The notes under the pieces were generated by a model. It did no database searches. It had not been told where the DNA came from and saw only the letters and a program-made list of their open reading frames with translations. Made by a program: the position numbers and the translations under genes. A stretch of 64,000 bases of DNA from Tubiluchus corallicola (Eukaryota > Animalia > Priapulida), in assembly GCA_030141605.1 (NCBI GenBank), contig JAQGDQ010000102.1, positions 105,676 through 169,675 of the forward strand. The letters are read 5' to 3'. How positions within the stretch are numbered: position 1 is the stretch's first letter; each line of letters starts with the position of its first letter. Positions 38,052-52,600 of the stretch are shown here, in pieces.

Positions 38052-41000
38052 GTCGCCCAACAAGATAATGACCGTCATAAAAATGAAATGTAGCCAGATT
38101 TCTTTTCGCAACGCAAAACTAAACATTGAAATTGCAATTGTAATTTAAATCGTAATTGTTATAAGTTTTGCTAACATACTTAATTATGCAGTGTTGAGTG
38201 TTGAAGTAGTCTTGTTTTGTGTCTACCTTTCGACATTAGGACGCTAGGCCTATCGTCATGATCATCATCATCATTGTTATTGTAACCATTCTTAAAAAAT
38301 ATGCATACATACACCGATTCGAAAATTAAAAAACACGGGATTGAAACTCTGTTGACAATTTTCAAGCACACAGCATGATGAAACGAAACAACAAAATATT
38401 ATTGTGAATAAGAGGTTCCCACCACTGTTAGTATAATCGTTATATTTTCATTTTTTGGTCACTTGCTATTTGTAGTTAGAGGGGCTTTACAGGTGGCTTT
38501 TGTAAGTTTAACTAGGTTTGGATCTTAAAATGTTTCTTCTTTTGAAGAGTTTTCATACGTATGTAATTGTTGTAAACTGTGTTGACATACTTAATAATAC
38601 AGTGTTGCGATGTTCAAAGACGTCTTGTCTTGTGTCTTTGCCTTCTCACATCAGGCCACTATCGTCAGCACTTGTTTATTAGTATTCAATCACAATTAAA
38701 AATTCTTCATTCTTAAGACGGACCCTGATCAATTAAAGGGGTATTTAAAACTAAACGCTATTTTATTTTGACAGACAAAAGTACAGTGAAAATAAATTTT
38801 TATTATTAATAGTATATTGTTTCGTAACAGCTTGCTTACAGTCACATTTTCTGTGGATACATTGCTATCTGAAGCTTTGGTCTCTTTGTGGTTTCACTAC
38901 TCATTGAATGATGATTGTGCAATCAAAACAGTCACCAATCAGCAGTGTCAGATACTTGAATTGTCTAGATTTCTGACTTCACTGAAACGAAATTAACCGC
39001 TTTAAACCCCATTCATTCAACTTTCTGTAGTTTTTTGTGTGTTTGTAATGTGAATTGCACTATAACGTATCATCAACAAATCTATAATTTAGCATCTCTG
39101 AAGGGAAAATATTGTAATGTAAATTTAAACTAATTGTTTCGCAAAATATTTCATTCTACTGGATTTTTTTGCAATATGTACAAATATTCTAGGTCAATAA
39201 CTCGAGAATTACTTTTGTGAAATTGATACCATTGCAAGGCATGTGCAAATTAATAACAAATTCTTGTGGATACTATGAGACTGCGGCATTAAAGATGGCA
39301 ACATTCGTAAGCCTGTAAAGTTAAACATTAAAAAGCCTCGTATTTGGGGGGGGGGGGATCGCGCATTGTTAAACTGTTTAATCTGCTTTCGTGAAATTAA
39401 ACGGCAAAATCACTAGTGTGAAAAGAAACACTTTTTTATGTGCGATCGAAATGCGCTTCTCTTCCAAGAATCAAAAACTCCAATTTACTGCGCCCAGGTT
39501 ATAAAATTACCAAATTTCTCCATCTCTGGAACTTTTTTCCGCCAGAGACTAAATGATTTCATTCGTTTAACAATTGTCTTGGTGTAGAAACTTTTACACA
39601 AAATACTTATAGTTTGTTAATAAAAGAATGTAAAATATACACAGAGCACATCAAGTCAATCGCGTTACAAAGGTTTGATTTTCTGTTGTGTTAAATCTGC
39701 ACCTACTTGGTTTCGACACTGATTTTAGAGCATAAAATAACACCTTTTATTAAGCATTTCAACTTTACGAAAAAGACATTTAATGTTCATTTTACAAATA
39801 AAGTGCTTAGTTTTGCCATAAGTAAAAACTGTTCGATTGATTTATTATGGGCTGACATTTTATTGTTTTTGTGCATTCTCCTTACTGGCATCAACATAAA
39901 TCATGTTTATATAGGCATATTTATTATTTGATGGCCTATATGGATTAATATATATATATATATATATTATGTGCTCGTCATTATACCTATATAGGTATAT
40001 GACCATGTTCTTCCTTTCTCATTCACTCAAAGTCCATTAATATTTTATTTTAGCATATATTATTGAATTTCTGAAAAAAAATTGCCATAAATTGCGAATT
40101 ATGCTTGTAGGCCCACAAATCCCAGGTTAGCAATAAAACCTTTAGGCGTGAGTGAAATGTTATTTAAAAAGTAAACCGCCTACACAATGTATGCAATCTT
40201 CTCAAAATAATATCATTACGTGATTAGCAAAGGAAAGTGGATACAAGCAAGGTGATTAAAGCAATCTTATATAAATTAAGTGATTTATAAAAATATGCAA
40301 CAACATTCCGTTTCAAAAAAAATTATTCTTTGTACCTGCTAAGTGAGTTTCTACAGTTGACTATCTTTACGTGTCCATGATTAATTTGGTGACTATTTGG
40401 TGACTACTTTTACCACGATGCGTGATTTGTTTGCTGTTAATTTTGCCTTATAACACACCTCAGAGGTGTAGCCAGGTTCTAAACTTAGGGGAGCAAGCGC
40501 ACAAAAAAGGCCCCGTGACACATTCCAAAAGGCGCTATGACACTGACGCAAGAAGCAATTATATGTTTGTCTACGCTACAACAGCAGTATCAGCGTATGA
40601 CAAGAATATACTATAATAATTATTAGATTTTGGGCAATTTGATCCTTGGTTGAATCAGTCAGGGTATCAGGGTTGCATTCAATTGTTTCTAGATTCAAAT
40701 CAGTCTGCTCTTCCTCCACCCGTGTCAGAGCACATGCAGTTTAAAAACAAAGTTTCTGTGATTTTTAAAATAGAACGCTGCCGAGTTTACAGTTTAAATT
40801 TCAAGCACGTATATTTATCGGATGGTGGACAGCTGTTGCAGATCGTTTACTAGCACGGTGAACTCTTTACTTGATCAAATATATAAAGCATATTGACGGA
40901 AACTAACTGTCTAATACTTTTCGTGTTAAGACCTGTTTTTGCTATAATCATTTGAGAGCATAGTTTTTTATTTCGCCTGTAATACATAAATTTAAACGTC

Positions 41001-41499
41001 TTATTGAATCGGCACAATTATTATCTAGGCAATATAATTACGATTTATAATTATAATAGATACAGTCGCATATAAAAACTTGATCTATCCAGTGCCCAAC
41101 ACTTTGCTCAATATTAAAATAAACTTTGCGTGGTATGAAGTGGGCGAGAAAATGAAGAAGATGCCATTTTGCTCACAAACTTTGAAGAAATGTTTTGTTT
41201 ATTTGCTTTATAAAGTTCAGCGCTCTTCAAAGCGGGGCAAACACTCCTACATTATGTTGATGGCAAGATGGTTGTGACAGGACTGGAACTCGGCACGTTT
41301 TTAAGAATAATTTAGTGAGATCAGACACTAATTCGGCACTCAGCTATTACTTACCTGCTTACTCACTCGCTCACTCATTCACTCACTCACTCACTCGCTC
41401 ACAGCCATCATGTTAAAGTGGCGTGGATTGTAGGGGCATTAAGGCATGAAATATGGATTCCTTGACCTTAAAAACCTATATTTAGACACCAAAACCATT

Positions 41500-42005
<506 letters not shown>

Positions 42006-42294
42006 TTTATATATTTTCCACTCTCTATATGTCCAGATTGTTCAAATGAACTTTTTCATATTTTTACTCACAAGACACCTTTTCCTTACAATTCCATCTG
42101 AGTTTGTGCCTCAGCTTCTTTGGCCGAGTCTGATTTGGGGCCAAGCTTCTCACTCCTAAACGTTGAAAGTTTGTTTGCAGTACTCGTCTTTCTGATGCTT
42201 CCCGTAGTCTTACCGTGGATTTTGCAATGTGCAGAACAGCTGCGCCTTGGTCCAGTTTTCCCTGGGGCTTCTTATATGTGGTATTCCGTTCCAT

Positions 42295-43259
42295 AAATAA
42301 CGCAACTTCATTAAAACTTTTACATTAAAAAGTTAAAAATTAAAATCATACCAAACGTTTCAGCTAGCTGCTACTGTCATCATCAGTGGTAAATTCGCAA
42401 ACATACAACAAGTTTATATAGGCAGAGCCTATTACGCACTAATAAAGTAGTTAGCAGAAGCCAAACAGGTAATGAATAAACAGACCAGTAAAGAAACTGA
42501 TACAGCAACTTAAGTCTAGAACTGGCAAAAAATTAAAAAATTCTCCTCAATCCAGCATTAATGGCCATATTTGTGCCTCTGGCCACGAAGCTGATTTTAA
42601 TAATTTCAGCATTGTGACCAAAGCTACAAATGACTGGGACTTATTAATAAAAAAAGCCTTTGTACCCTAACAAGCCTTCTCTTAATGTACAAAGCAGTTC
42701 AATTTCTTTAACTTTATTTTCAAACACATAGCTATTTGTTACTGCATCAAGTTCTTTTCTACATGTCTGCTTAATCATGACATTACACTAACATTACCTA
42801 TTTAGCTTCTGTTAACTACGTAATTAGTGCATAATTGGCTCTGCCTATATAAACTGGTTGTATATTTGTAAATTTACCACTGATGATGACAGCAGCAGCT
42901 GCCGAAACGTTTGGCATGATTTTAACTTTTTAATGTAAAACTTTTAATAAAGTTGTGTTCTTTTAACTATAAATTTCCTATTATGTCTCCTAACAACTGA
43001 GAGCAAGCTAGTCAAACTTGACACAATAGTAGCACTAATTAAGTAATGGAAATGAAAGAACTACTGGGGTAGAATGGACCATAGTCTTAAGGCTACCTCG
43101 GGACTTGGGTTATGTGTATCAAACCTTTGCCATTATGACTCGAAAAGCACGTATTCAGCCAATTATATTATGTACGTAGGAAAAGGTCACTGCGTCATGC
43201 TATGCCTTCATTTTTAGTTTTAAGGGCTCAAGGGTATTGTATTACAGTATCAGGAATTC
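42295..43259 (+). mobile_element. Second copy of the Penelope-like element with inverted pLTR
   Basis: Colinear and near-identical to 3380-4345, ending at the same caggaattc. Hammerhead-like motifs at 42877-42914 (+) and 42351-42389 (-). Confidence 0.88.
42877..42914 (+). ncRNA. Minimal type I hammerhead ribozyme-like motif
   Basis: CCA-CTGATGA-TGACAGCAGCAGCTGCC-GAAA-CGTT-TGG: stem II CAGC/GCTG, palindromic loopless stem III. Confidence 0.55.
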
Positions 43260-43631
43260 ATTACAATGCTCAGTTAAAGTACGTACGTAAGTTACTATTT
43301 AAAAGATCTTAATTAGTGTCACAATTATCGTCTGAGTAGTACAAATGTTGTCACTTAGATCTTAACTTCCTATAGCTGCTTGTGTTGAGAGCATTCACCT
43401 CATTTCTATGTATGTTAACTCACATTGCCTTAATGGTACCTGGTACTAAAAAATCTTACGTCGAGAAGATTATTGTAGTTAGTTGTTTAGTGGACTAACG
43501 CTGATAGTGAAATTCTACTGGAAAACATGGGAAATTCGAATCTACGTAAGATCGCTATTGAAATTGCTGTGTTGAACCTTTTATTGTGAGTGTTTATTAA
43601 CATCCTAATATTTGTTTTTATTGTGTTTCAG

Positions 43632-46600
43632 CTGCAAGATCAGACAATTATAATAAAGATCGGTTAACGAGTTCAGAAAGAGGGAAAGTAAGAATGTTTG
43701 TGCAACGTGAAATAAATCACGCAAAACGTTGTTTTTATTAGAATCAGGAGATTACATGTATGATCTGTGCAGTATCGAACCCGTGGCTCTTGCAAGCAAG
43801 TAATCGCACGTCTGTATACAATAGATAGAATAGTTTAGTTTAAACTTTATTTATTTATAGTGGATTTACAAAATAGACTGGGTCTGATACAGGTATCTCC
43901 ACGGTGCAAGTGCTGAGTGTAAAGTGCTAATAAAAGAATAATGGACATCACAACTAATAATTATCACATCATTAATAACTCGATTTGATAAAACAATTGA
44001 TTCAGCTACTGTCAGCAGATGGTGCTTAAACTAAGTATCTCTGAGTAATAATCTTTACCTAATATCTCTAAGTTAATTATAGGTATATTATATTTGTGAA
44101 TTATATACACCTCTATGTATACATTATAACAAATTCAAGATTACAAATAATAACAAGAAGCAACAAAAAGAAAGTCGGTATTAAAACCCAATAAGATTTT
44201 CCTTTCCTCAAAAACCAAGCTTTCGGATTTCGAAAAATCTTCTTCGGAGTTCTTAAGCTCGAAGCTAAACGTTTTTAAAAGTTTACTTCAGTAATTTAAT
44301 CTAGAACACAGATTGAAGTTACTCTATAGTCTAGGTTATATTACTGACATAAATAGTTTAAAACATTTATCTGTAATGTCGTGTAGTGAAGTGTATAAAT
44401 GGTGTGTCATCAGTTCTGCGTATAGGCATTTTGCTTATAGATTTAACGTTGTGTTCACTAACAAATTTTAAGTATTACCTTGTATGCATAACACTGTTTT
44501 TAATGCTGTAACCTTGAGTAGGAAATGTGCATAAAGTGACATTTGGACTAAAATCACTGATGTATCGATTGTGGCATTTACCTGTAATTTGATTTAGTCA
44601 ACGAACTACATGCATGCATACATACATAAACCTAAGAATTCCAAAAGGTTTTTCAAACCGAAAGCTTGGTTTATAAAGGGAAAAAATCTTATTGAGTTTC
44701 AGTACAGACTGTCTCTTCTTTTTTTAACGCAGCGGCTACAGATACATTTCTGAAAAAATCAAGATTTCTCTTTCTAAATTTTGGCGTAACAGACTAATTA
44801 TTAGAAATTCAAAACCTGTCAAAAAATTTACAGACGTCACGCCCAGTGCTTAGCGTAAATAAACTGACAGACGACAAAGCTTTTATTTTGTGAGATCTTG
44901 CGGTATTTAGTATCTCTTAGGTTTGAAAAAAATTCGTGAGGAAAAGGTCGTTCAAGACTTTTTTTGAAATGCACTAAAAATGTATAAAAAGACAGAAAAA
45001 GTATGCGACAATGTTCTACCAAAAATGGCAAGAAACGTTAAAAAAAGGTTTTGGACGGTATTGTTTGTATAACTTACAATAAATTGGCGCTCAGTGCATG
45101 AATATTCCTATTATTTTAATGTCACTATTAGCCTTATAGATTGGTTAATCGTTAGGTAAATGCTGCCAGAGTTATGCGTGTAATTGCATACCTGTAATTT
45201 AATTGTGAACATTTGCTTTTTTAATTGTGAAGTGTTGTTGTTGTTTTTTGCACTACTACATATTTTTTTGTGCTGTTACGATGCACAAGTCTTACAGCAA
45301 AATTCTCTATTTTTTCCGAAAAATATCTAGAGTTAGGGTTTAAGCATTAAATTATAAACGTTCAAGAAATTGTGTTGCAAAGCCAGAATTTCTTGGCTGT
45401 ATCCTCAGGTGATCAGGTTGTGTTGTGTTAGAAAATTGAGCTTTGACCTGAAATACTTGATGAAGGATGTCTAAAATCATAAAGCTTGGTATTAATTTTT
45501 TTGGATTTAAAAGCAAACGTTCTTGAGTATTAACATTATAGTCAACTTTTTTTATTTACTATTTTAAAGTTTATTACGTGCAATTATTATAATAGCTATA
45601 TTATTAACAGTCTAATTTATTCTGCAATAAATCCAGCTTAATGCTGCAAATGACTTTTTTATGTTGCAAAATGAACAACAGTGTTTCTCCTAAAAAGTGC
45701 TCAAAACTGAGTTCTCTAAAGCTCTTGTCTTTTACTCTGTAGACGTGTTTAGTGTCCGTAATCCTTTCTGTTAAACCAAAGAGAGTTTCTATTAATTACG
45801 ATTTTTCTAAAACGCTTTTGGTACACTCTAGGTTACCTGCATCGAAATGTCAGAATTACTGGGACAACGATTCGTATCGATACAAATTTATAGATAACAT
45901 TTATGAGCAACGAAGAGCTCAAGTTTCAAGGCTGAAGGACGTTCCTGATAAAGACATTTCTCCTAGAGAAAGACAACCATACAATCCGACACGTTATCGG
46001 CATGATAGACCGCATGATACATATAGAGATACACGCTATGATGATGATAACTCTCACGAACGTTCCTCCCCTACGTATAGAGAAACACGTTATGATGATA
46101 AATCTCACGAACGTTCCTCCCATACATATAGAGAAACACGTTATGATGATAAATCTCACGAACGTTCCTCCTCTACATATAGAGACACACGTTATGATGA
46201 CACAGTCTACGAACGTTCCTCGCCTACGTACAGAGACAGACGTTACGATGATAAATCTTACGAACGTTCCTCGCCTACGTACAGAGACAGACGTTACGAT
46301 GATAGGCCGCACAAAAGTGCCTCGCCTCAATATAGGGAATCACGTTATGACGATAAATCACATGAACGTTCCTCGCCTACGTACAATGAACCAAATACAT
46401 ACACGCGGTTCAGTGACAAACCCCATGGATCCTACGGAAGATTACCAGCAACTGCTCCAGCGATAGAACTAGTTACAAGTAAGGATTTTTTTAAAAACTA
46501 CGAGTAGTGTTACAAAAGTACGAATGAACTATCTCATGCTTTCTTTTATAGACATTTACATTAAACAAACATTCACAAAAACAAAAATTATTTTTATTAA

Positions 46601-49600
46601 TCGCATACGTGAAGTTATCATAACAGAAATTAACACAGGCCTAGAAAATACCACTGAGCAACGAAGTTATCTTTAGGCACAAACGAATTTATAAGAATAA
46701 CAGCTAAATCATAAATTACTAATAAGAACGAAAGATTATTAAGTTTTTTGCACGAAATTCAACTACAAAACAAGCATCAATGATAAAAAGCTATAACAAC
46801 ACTCATAATCAATATAAAGAAAAAAGAAACCAATGAAAAAAATATACAGAAACGAATTCAACAGCAAGAAAGCTGGTTACTTTCTAGATTTATATAAATT
46901 TATTCTTTTGTTAATATGTGAACTACAGTCATAATGTCAGTTCATTGTCATATTACAGAGCCAAGTATTGAAACACGTACGTTTTTTTAATTATCTTGTT
47001 TAATCCTAGCCTATTAATTTCTATTCTAGAGTATTATTAAATTTAAGCTGCAGCTCGAACACTCAAACATGCCAAAATGAATTACAGGTTTTTGCAACTT
47101 CATGAATTGTCCGTAACTGTTCTGCTTAAAGTAAAGAAAAGGCAACTCAAAAGTACATCCCATTAAAGTTATATTACTTAGCATTATATACATGATTGCA
47201 GTGAACCGATAAAACGTCGTTGTATGTGCACCATCCCAGTGTGCACCGCTGATTCACCTAAAAAACATTACTGGCCGTTTTTCCAACCTAATTCTCGTTA
47301 GGCCCGTTTCAAACCGAGGACGCAAGGAAAATGGCGCACAGAATTGCCATCAAACAATAAAAACAATTTCAGAACCTTTCCGACTTTTCCCATGCTGCAA
47401 GAAACCTTGCTACTTTGCAGGCTTGAAGCTCTCATGGACATAATCATATAGGGATTTCATATGGAAACCGCGCACGGTAATACCAGCCACCAAACGGTTA
47501 ACTCAGTAGGGGCAAATTACCCCCAGGGGTAATATGGTTTTTTTGGGGGGGGGGCACCCCAAAAATAACGGGCACCAGTCTGAAAATTTTTAAAACTTCG
47601 CTCGGAATGCATTTTACGTAGTTTTCGTCGTTTGAGTTGGAGAAGTAGTACTAGGTGGGGGGTAATGGACACGACCGGGTTTCCCGATTTGGGTAACGGT
47701 CCGAGAAAGTTTGGGAACCACTGGGTTGACTAATAACAAAAGTGGTGTACATCCACCGCTAGGTAGCTCTTGAGGCGGCTGAGCACACTGCTGAGCTGTA
47801 GATGTATTATGTACCAGATATGACCATCAGACGTGAAGTAAACAATAACGCAGAATATTATCACGTTATTAATTAAATTTAAATTAGCTTAAATTAAATT
47901 AACCACGATCGAGGTCATATTTGAAACATTCATCATTTATTAATCCTAGCAGTTAATAAAGTTAATCCTAATTAGTTAAAAAACAATCTAGCTCAAAATA
48001 GAATGTAATTAAAAACCACAATGCTTAATTAAAATTAAATTAATATAGAATGCAAGTTAAAGCCACAGTAATTAAAACCACACTGAAGTAGAACTAGAAC
48101 AGTATTAAATTAAATTAAAGTAAAATCACATTGGAGCAAAATTATTAGCGAAAGAAGTACACTATTTCGGTTACCTAACGTAGCAGAGGCTAACGTCGTT
48201 TTCACCTGCCCTCAATACGCCAAGTCTGTTCCGAAGTCGACTAGCAATAATCGTCGTTAATTAGATTGTTTTCGCACAATAGCGAACAATAGGGCTTGGT
48301 TGCGGTTTTACCGAAGACTGTCTCCATGTAAAATCCATAATATAGTCAAGTGCTTCAAATTCTAAATACAAAACGTTAGATTTACACGTTTGACTTTTCT
48401 TTATTCCAGGTGTAAAAACATTTTGTGATGATGCCTGCGGTTACATGGTGGTAAGATTAAAGTTTTCAGAACCGTTTTATGGCACGGTAAAGGCAAAGTA
48501 CGACCGGTATCAGTCAGCATACATTGATGAGGCCCACAATGAAACAAATTGTTTTTCGTTTGCTAAAGGAACCGGGCGACGATTTCTTTATTACCCAATT
48601 AAATTTGACGATGAATGCATTACTGCGGTGAGTGATGTTACTTTACATCAACCATTCCATTTGTCCTCTTATCTCTCTTCGACATTTACATCCTGTTTGC
48701 AAAAGAATAGAACCATAGGGGTACGAGGCGTGGCGGTTGCCCTCCCAGGGGGTCAGGGTGGACAGATGTCCTCCCAGAGCAAATGAATTTTGCATTTTCA
48801 GGGCAAAAACTGGTTATTTCCAGTGCAAATAATTGTATAGCAAATTTCCAAATTTAATAATAAATATTAAAAAATGCCTAAAATGGATAAAAATAAAATT
48901 TGTAAGCTCGTGGGCTTTAAGGAATACAAAAGTAAACTTACGATTTCATTTTTATAAAGTTTCTGCCGGAAAAATGAAAATATTCGTAAAGTTCAGTCAG
49001 TTTTGCAAAAAGTTTTTCACATCTTAATCTTAACATTAAATTTACACTCGCATTTACACTGTTTGCATTCGCTGCAGTATTTAACAATGCTGAGGAACTC
49101 CGATTAGAAATAGTTGTAAATTGCGTTACTTTATTAAACACCGATTACTTTCGGCTTAAATTTTGTTTAAAAAACACTTCTATCTTTCTCTTGTCTTGAG
49201 TGTCAGGGTTAGGCGATGCACGACGGAGGTTGCGAATGGACCTCACAAGTTGAGTACCTCTCTTCGTCGAAATCTGACACTGAGTATAAGTATGTACGCC
49301 TCTATTAGCACTTATTTGGAAATGATATAGGGTAGCGTAAGTTAGAAAATTTGCTGGGCAAATTCCTTCTGCCCTCTCCCCCTCCCCCCTTGTGAGACTT
49401 CCTCCCGTACGCCTATGAATAGAACTATAAAATTGCGTTGTGCCCCAAAATTTTTATCGGTTGAGCGCATTGCACCCCCTCCCATTTAACTTATCAATGT
49501 TAATCTTCAAAGATAAGAAACTGAGCCAGCAAAGACAAAACACAAAAGACAACATTTATTTACCGTCGTATTATAAACAGACAACATTAGCACTAATGAC

Positions 49601-52600
49601 TATTTAGCGATTTACACCAATTAGGTCAGGACGCAACACACAAATAACGAACAACATGTTGCGTACAGGCAGGTACACTGTGAGAAAAATGATCCATGAG
49701 CGAACAAACATGCATTATTTTACAAAAAAAGATTCATGAATGAACAAACATGCATTATTTTACAAAAAAAGATTCATGAATGAACAAACATGCATTATTT
49801 TACAAAAAAGACCTATGACTTTTCTGCTATTGTATGAGCACAGATACTGATCTATTCAGGAGAACCTCAGCTATCCAATCATACAATGTATTTAAACAGT
49901 TAAAAATGATTTAACTGGATAAAATTGAGAAAAGCACGCCCTTTTCAGGCACTCTCCAACTTAGCCTATTGAATAGCTTAGGCTGTTGTGCACTTGCGTG
50001 ATCGTACGCACTAATTAATTGATCACCTGCTTGCCACAGGCCAAGCTGTGCAGTGTTTTGCTGCTGTTCCAGGAAAAACCAACCCATCGGCCAAGGACAA
50101 ATTAAGGTCGTTTGGTCATTTGACAGGGATTTCTCCTTAAAATAGAGCCTGTAGACTTGAGGCCATAGTGTATCAGAGTATTGTGTTTAGATAGTTGAAA
50201 TTTTCTGCATTAGCCGATTTCACACAAGTGATACTGTACTTGGTTAAAGTGCAAGCATTGTAGTTACTGAAAGCTTTTTTTCAATTTATTCATGAAAAAT
50301 CGATTTGTATTTTGTCTAAGGTAAGCAAATGCATTTTATATATAATTTTGCATGAAAATCCACCGTGTAAAGAGTTTTAAATACAAAAATTATCAAGTAT
50401 AATGTAATCGTGAGCAGTTTTTCATGAACCCAAGCAGTCAGTTTTGTCAACCAGATAAGATCATTCTTGTTAAGCCAATCAGCTAGATCAACCATCTTGC
50501 GTCATTCCAGTTAAGCCAATCAGCTAGTTCAACCAACTTACGTCATTCCAGTTAAGCCAATCAGCTAGGTCAACCAGCTTACGTCATTTCAGTCAAGTCA
50601 ACCAGCTTACGCCACTCCAGTTAAGCCAATCAGCTAGGTCAACTAGCTGCCGCTGGTGAGCCCTTTATGCATTATGAAATCAAACGAAATAAAGAGTCAA
50701 CGAATATGGTTTCAGTATTGTTGCTGTTGTCGTCTTCGTCTTCATCATCGTTACTAAAACACGATTTGTTTACAGTTGGGTGGATCGTTTCCAAACACCA
50801 TAACAGTGGAGCAGCCATGGAAGGGTGCAGAATTTCGACTAAATTACTACGAGGTGTTTGAAGTATTTTGTCCCAGATGTACAAACAAACACTGCAAACA
50901 ATTTGACCGTCTGCGGAAACGAGGAAACCGCAGAAGCGGCACGTTTAGGTAAATTGTAATGTTGCTAATTTTGTATAATTTTTGCTTTTTTTACAACGAT
51001 AAACTAAAAACCGGATTTATAATAAAGATTCTCACACTCTACGACATTAATTTTGCAGTTTAAATGCCTAGTTGTTTGGTTCAAGAGGCTTCTAACTATC
51101 AAAAAACATTATTGTGAACAAAATTTTAGATGGTAAAACAAAGTAATTTAGCCAATAACAACCTAAAAAAAATTGAAAAAATTTTTGTGACTGGAACACG
51201 AAAATAATTTCCTTCATAGCATATGATATTCTCAAAAATCTTTATTTCTGTATATAAAAAATAAAAATAATAAATTCGACTGCTTGGAACGTCATACTGG
51301 TTTGCAACAAATCCGATAGAGACACTATAAATAATTACAGTAAACGTTATCTAAACGTTTACTGTGGCTTCTGTAAATGTGTTTAGTGAGGCTCGGCCTA
51401 ATTTACAATTACACAGGTAAATTCACGTAGGTGCTGCCTGCTACATGTTAAGACGTAATCTGTCTCATTTGTTTCTTCTGATTTTATTTTGATGCTTTAA
51501 TTGATCCATGACAACCTTTAAGAACTGGTACTCTCTTCTGGTAACCTCAGAGCATGATGTTTTAAGGTCCCTGGTCCATATTTCTTCCTTGACCTTGTCG
51601 TATAAGTCTTTGCCAGACACTTCGTAAGCTTTACCTCTCCAAATCAATGAAATAAAATATCAATAAATGTTACAACACATCGAACATTATGCATAGGTGT
51701 ACGAGGCGGGTGATCAAAGAGGTGCCCAGGGCAAATGAATTGAACATTTTAAGGGCAAAAGCTGTTTATTTTCAGGGAAAATAATTCTGTTTAAAAATTT
51801 CAAAATGTAAAATTCATTATTCAGAAATTGTTTGCGTACTACATTACCTCTTTTTACTGATTGCAGTTAAAGGGTTTCTTCTACGGCGAATTGTTTTTAA
51901 CTTTTAATAATGCTTTCTATCAATTTTGCTCGCTGAACCACATAAGTGCTTTATACAGCTTTAAGCCCATCAATGTACTGGCAAAGTTATAGACAGGTTT
52001 GTATAACAAACCATCACCATTATTTCTTTTGAATTTCTGAAACGTTAGAAAAGGTATATCTGAAAGCATTTGCATATTTTGCACATTTAGACCTATAGGT
52101 GTAAATACTTTGTTTTTAGACACTTTTGTTACTCCATACCCTACATAACTGTGAAGCCCGTTGTTTGCACTTATCAACATTACTCCTGTAAGCTACATTA
52201 CGCAGCTTACAGATTGTCTCTAAGTGACTCCTGAGCACAATTATCCTGTATTATTTGTAAAAGAAATTGCGAATGCAATCGAGCGTCAACATGTTGAATT
52301 TTTGAACAGAAATTAATTTAACCTGATACTAGATTGGATATATCTAAATTAACTTATATAATGTATAATATTTATTGTACTCCCTTGTCTAACTGCTGTA
52401 TTATTTATTGTCCCTTTTTTCAATTGTTATAATGTATAAATGTTATAATTTTTATGCTACCAGCAAATTGAAAATTGTACTGCAATTTCGAAATAAATAA
52501 TAATAACAATAACTTCGAAATCACTCAAATTACGACAACTTAAACAATTTTCAGGGCAATTTCCTTCTACTCCCCTTGTGAAACTTTATCCTGTATGCCT

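Noticed and set aside
42064-42294. Possible pogo/psq-type HTH transposase start
   Set aside because: Only a vague resemblance (LREASE); too degraded to call.
43491-43585. First coding exon of the ZP-N gene (MGNSNLRKIAIEIAVLNLL or WTNADSEILLENMGNSNL)
   Set aside because: Several incompatible donor/acceptor choices and no clean signal peptide; left unresolved rather than called.
45926-46466. Alternative-frame and antisense ORFs over the 51-bp repeat
   Set aside because: Open only because the repeat lacks stops; only the YDD frame joins the flanking exons.
51465-51647. Coding-looking 60-aa minus-strand ORF in an intron
   Set aside because: No recognisable motif, no ATG or clear acceptor, and no partner exons found.
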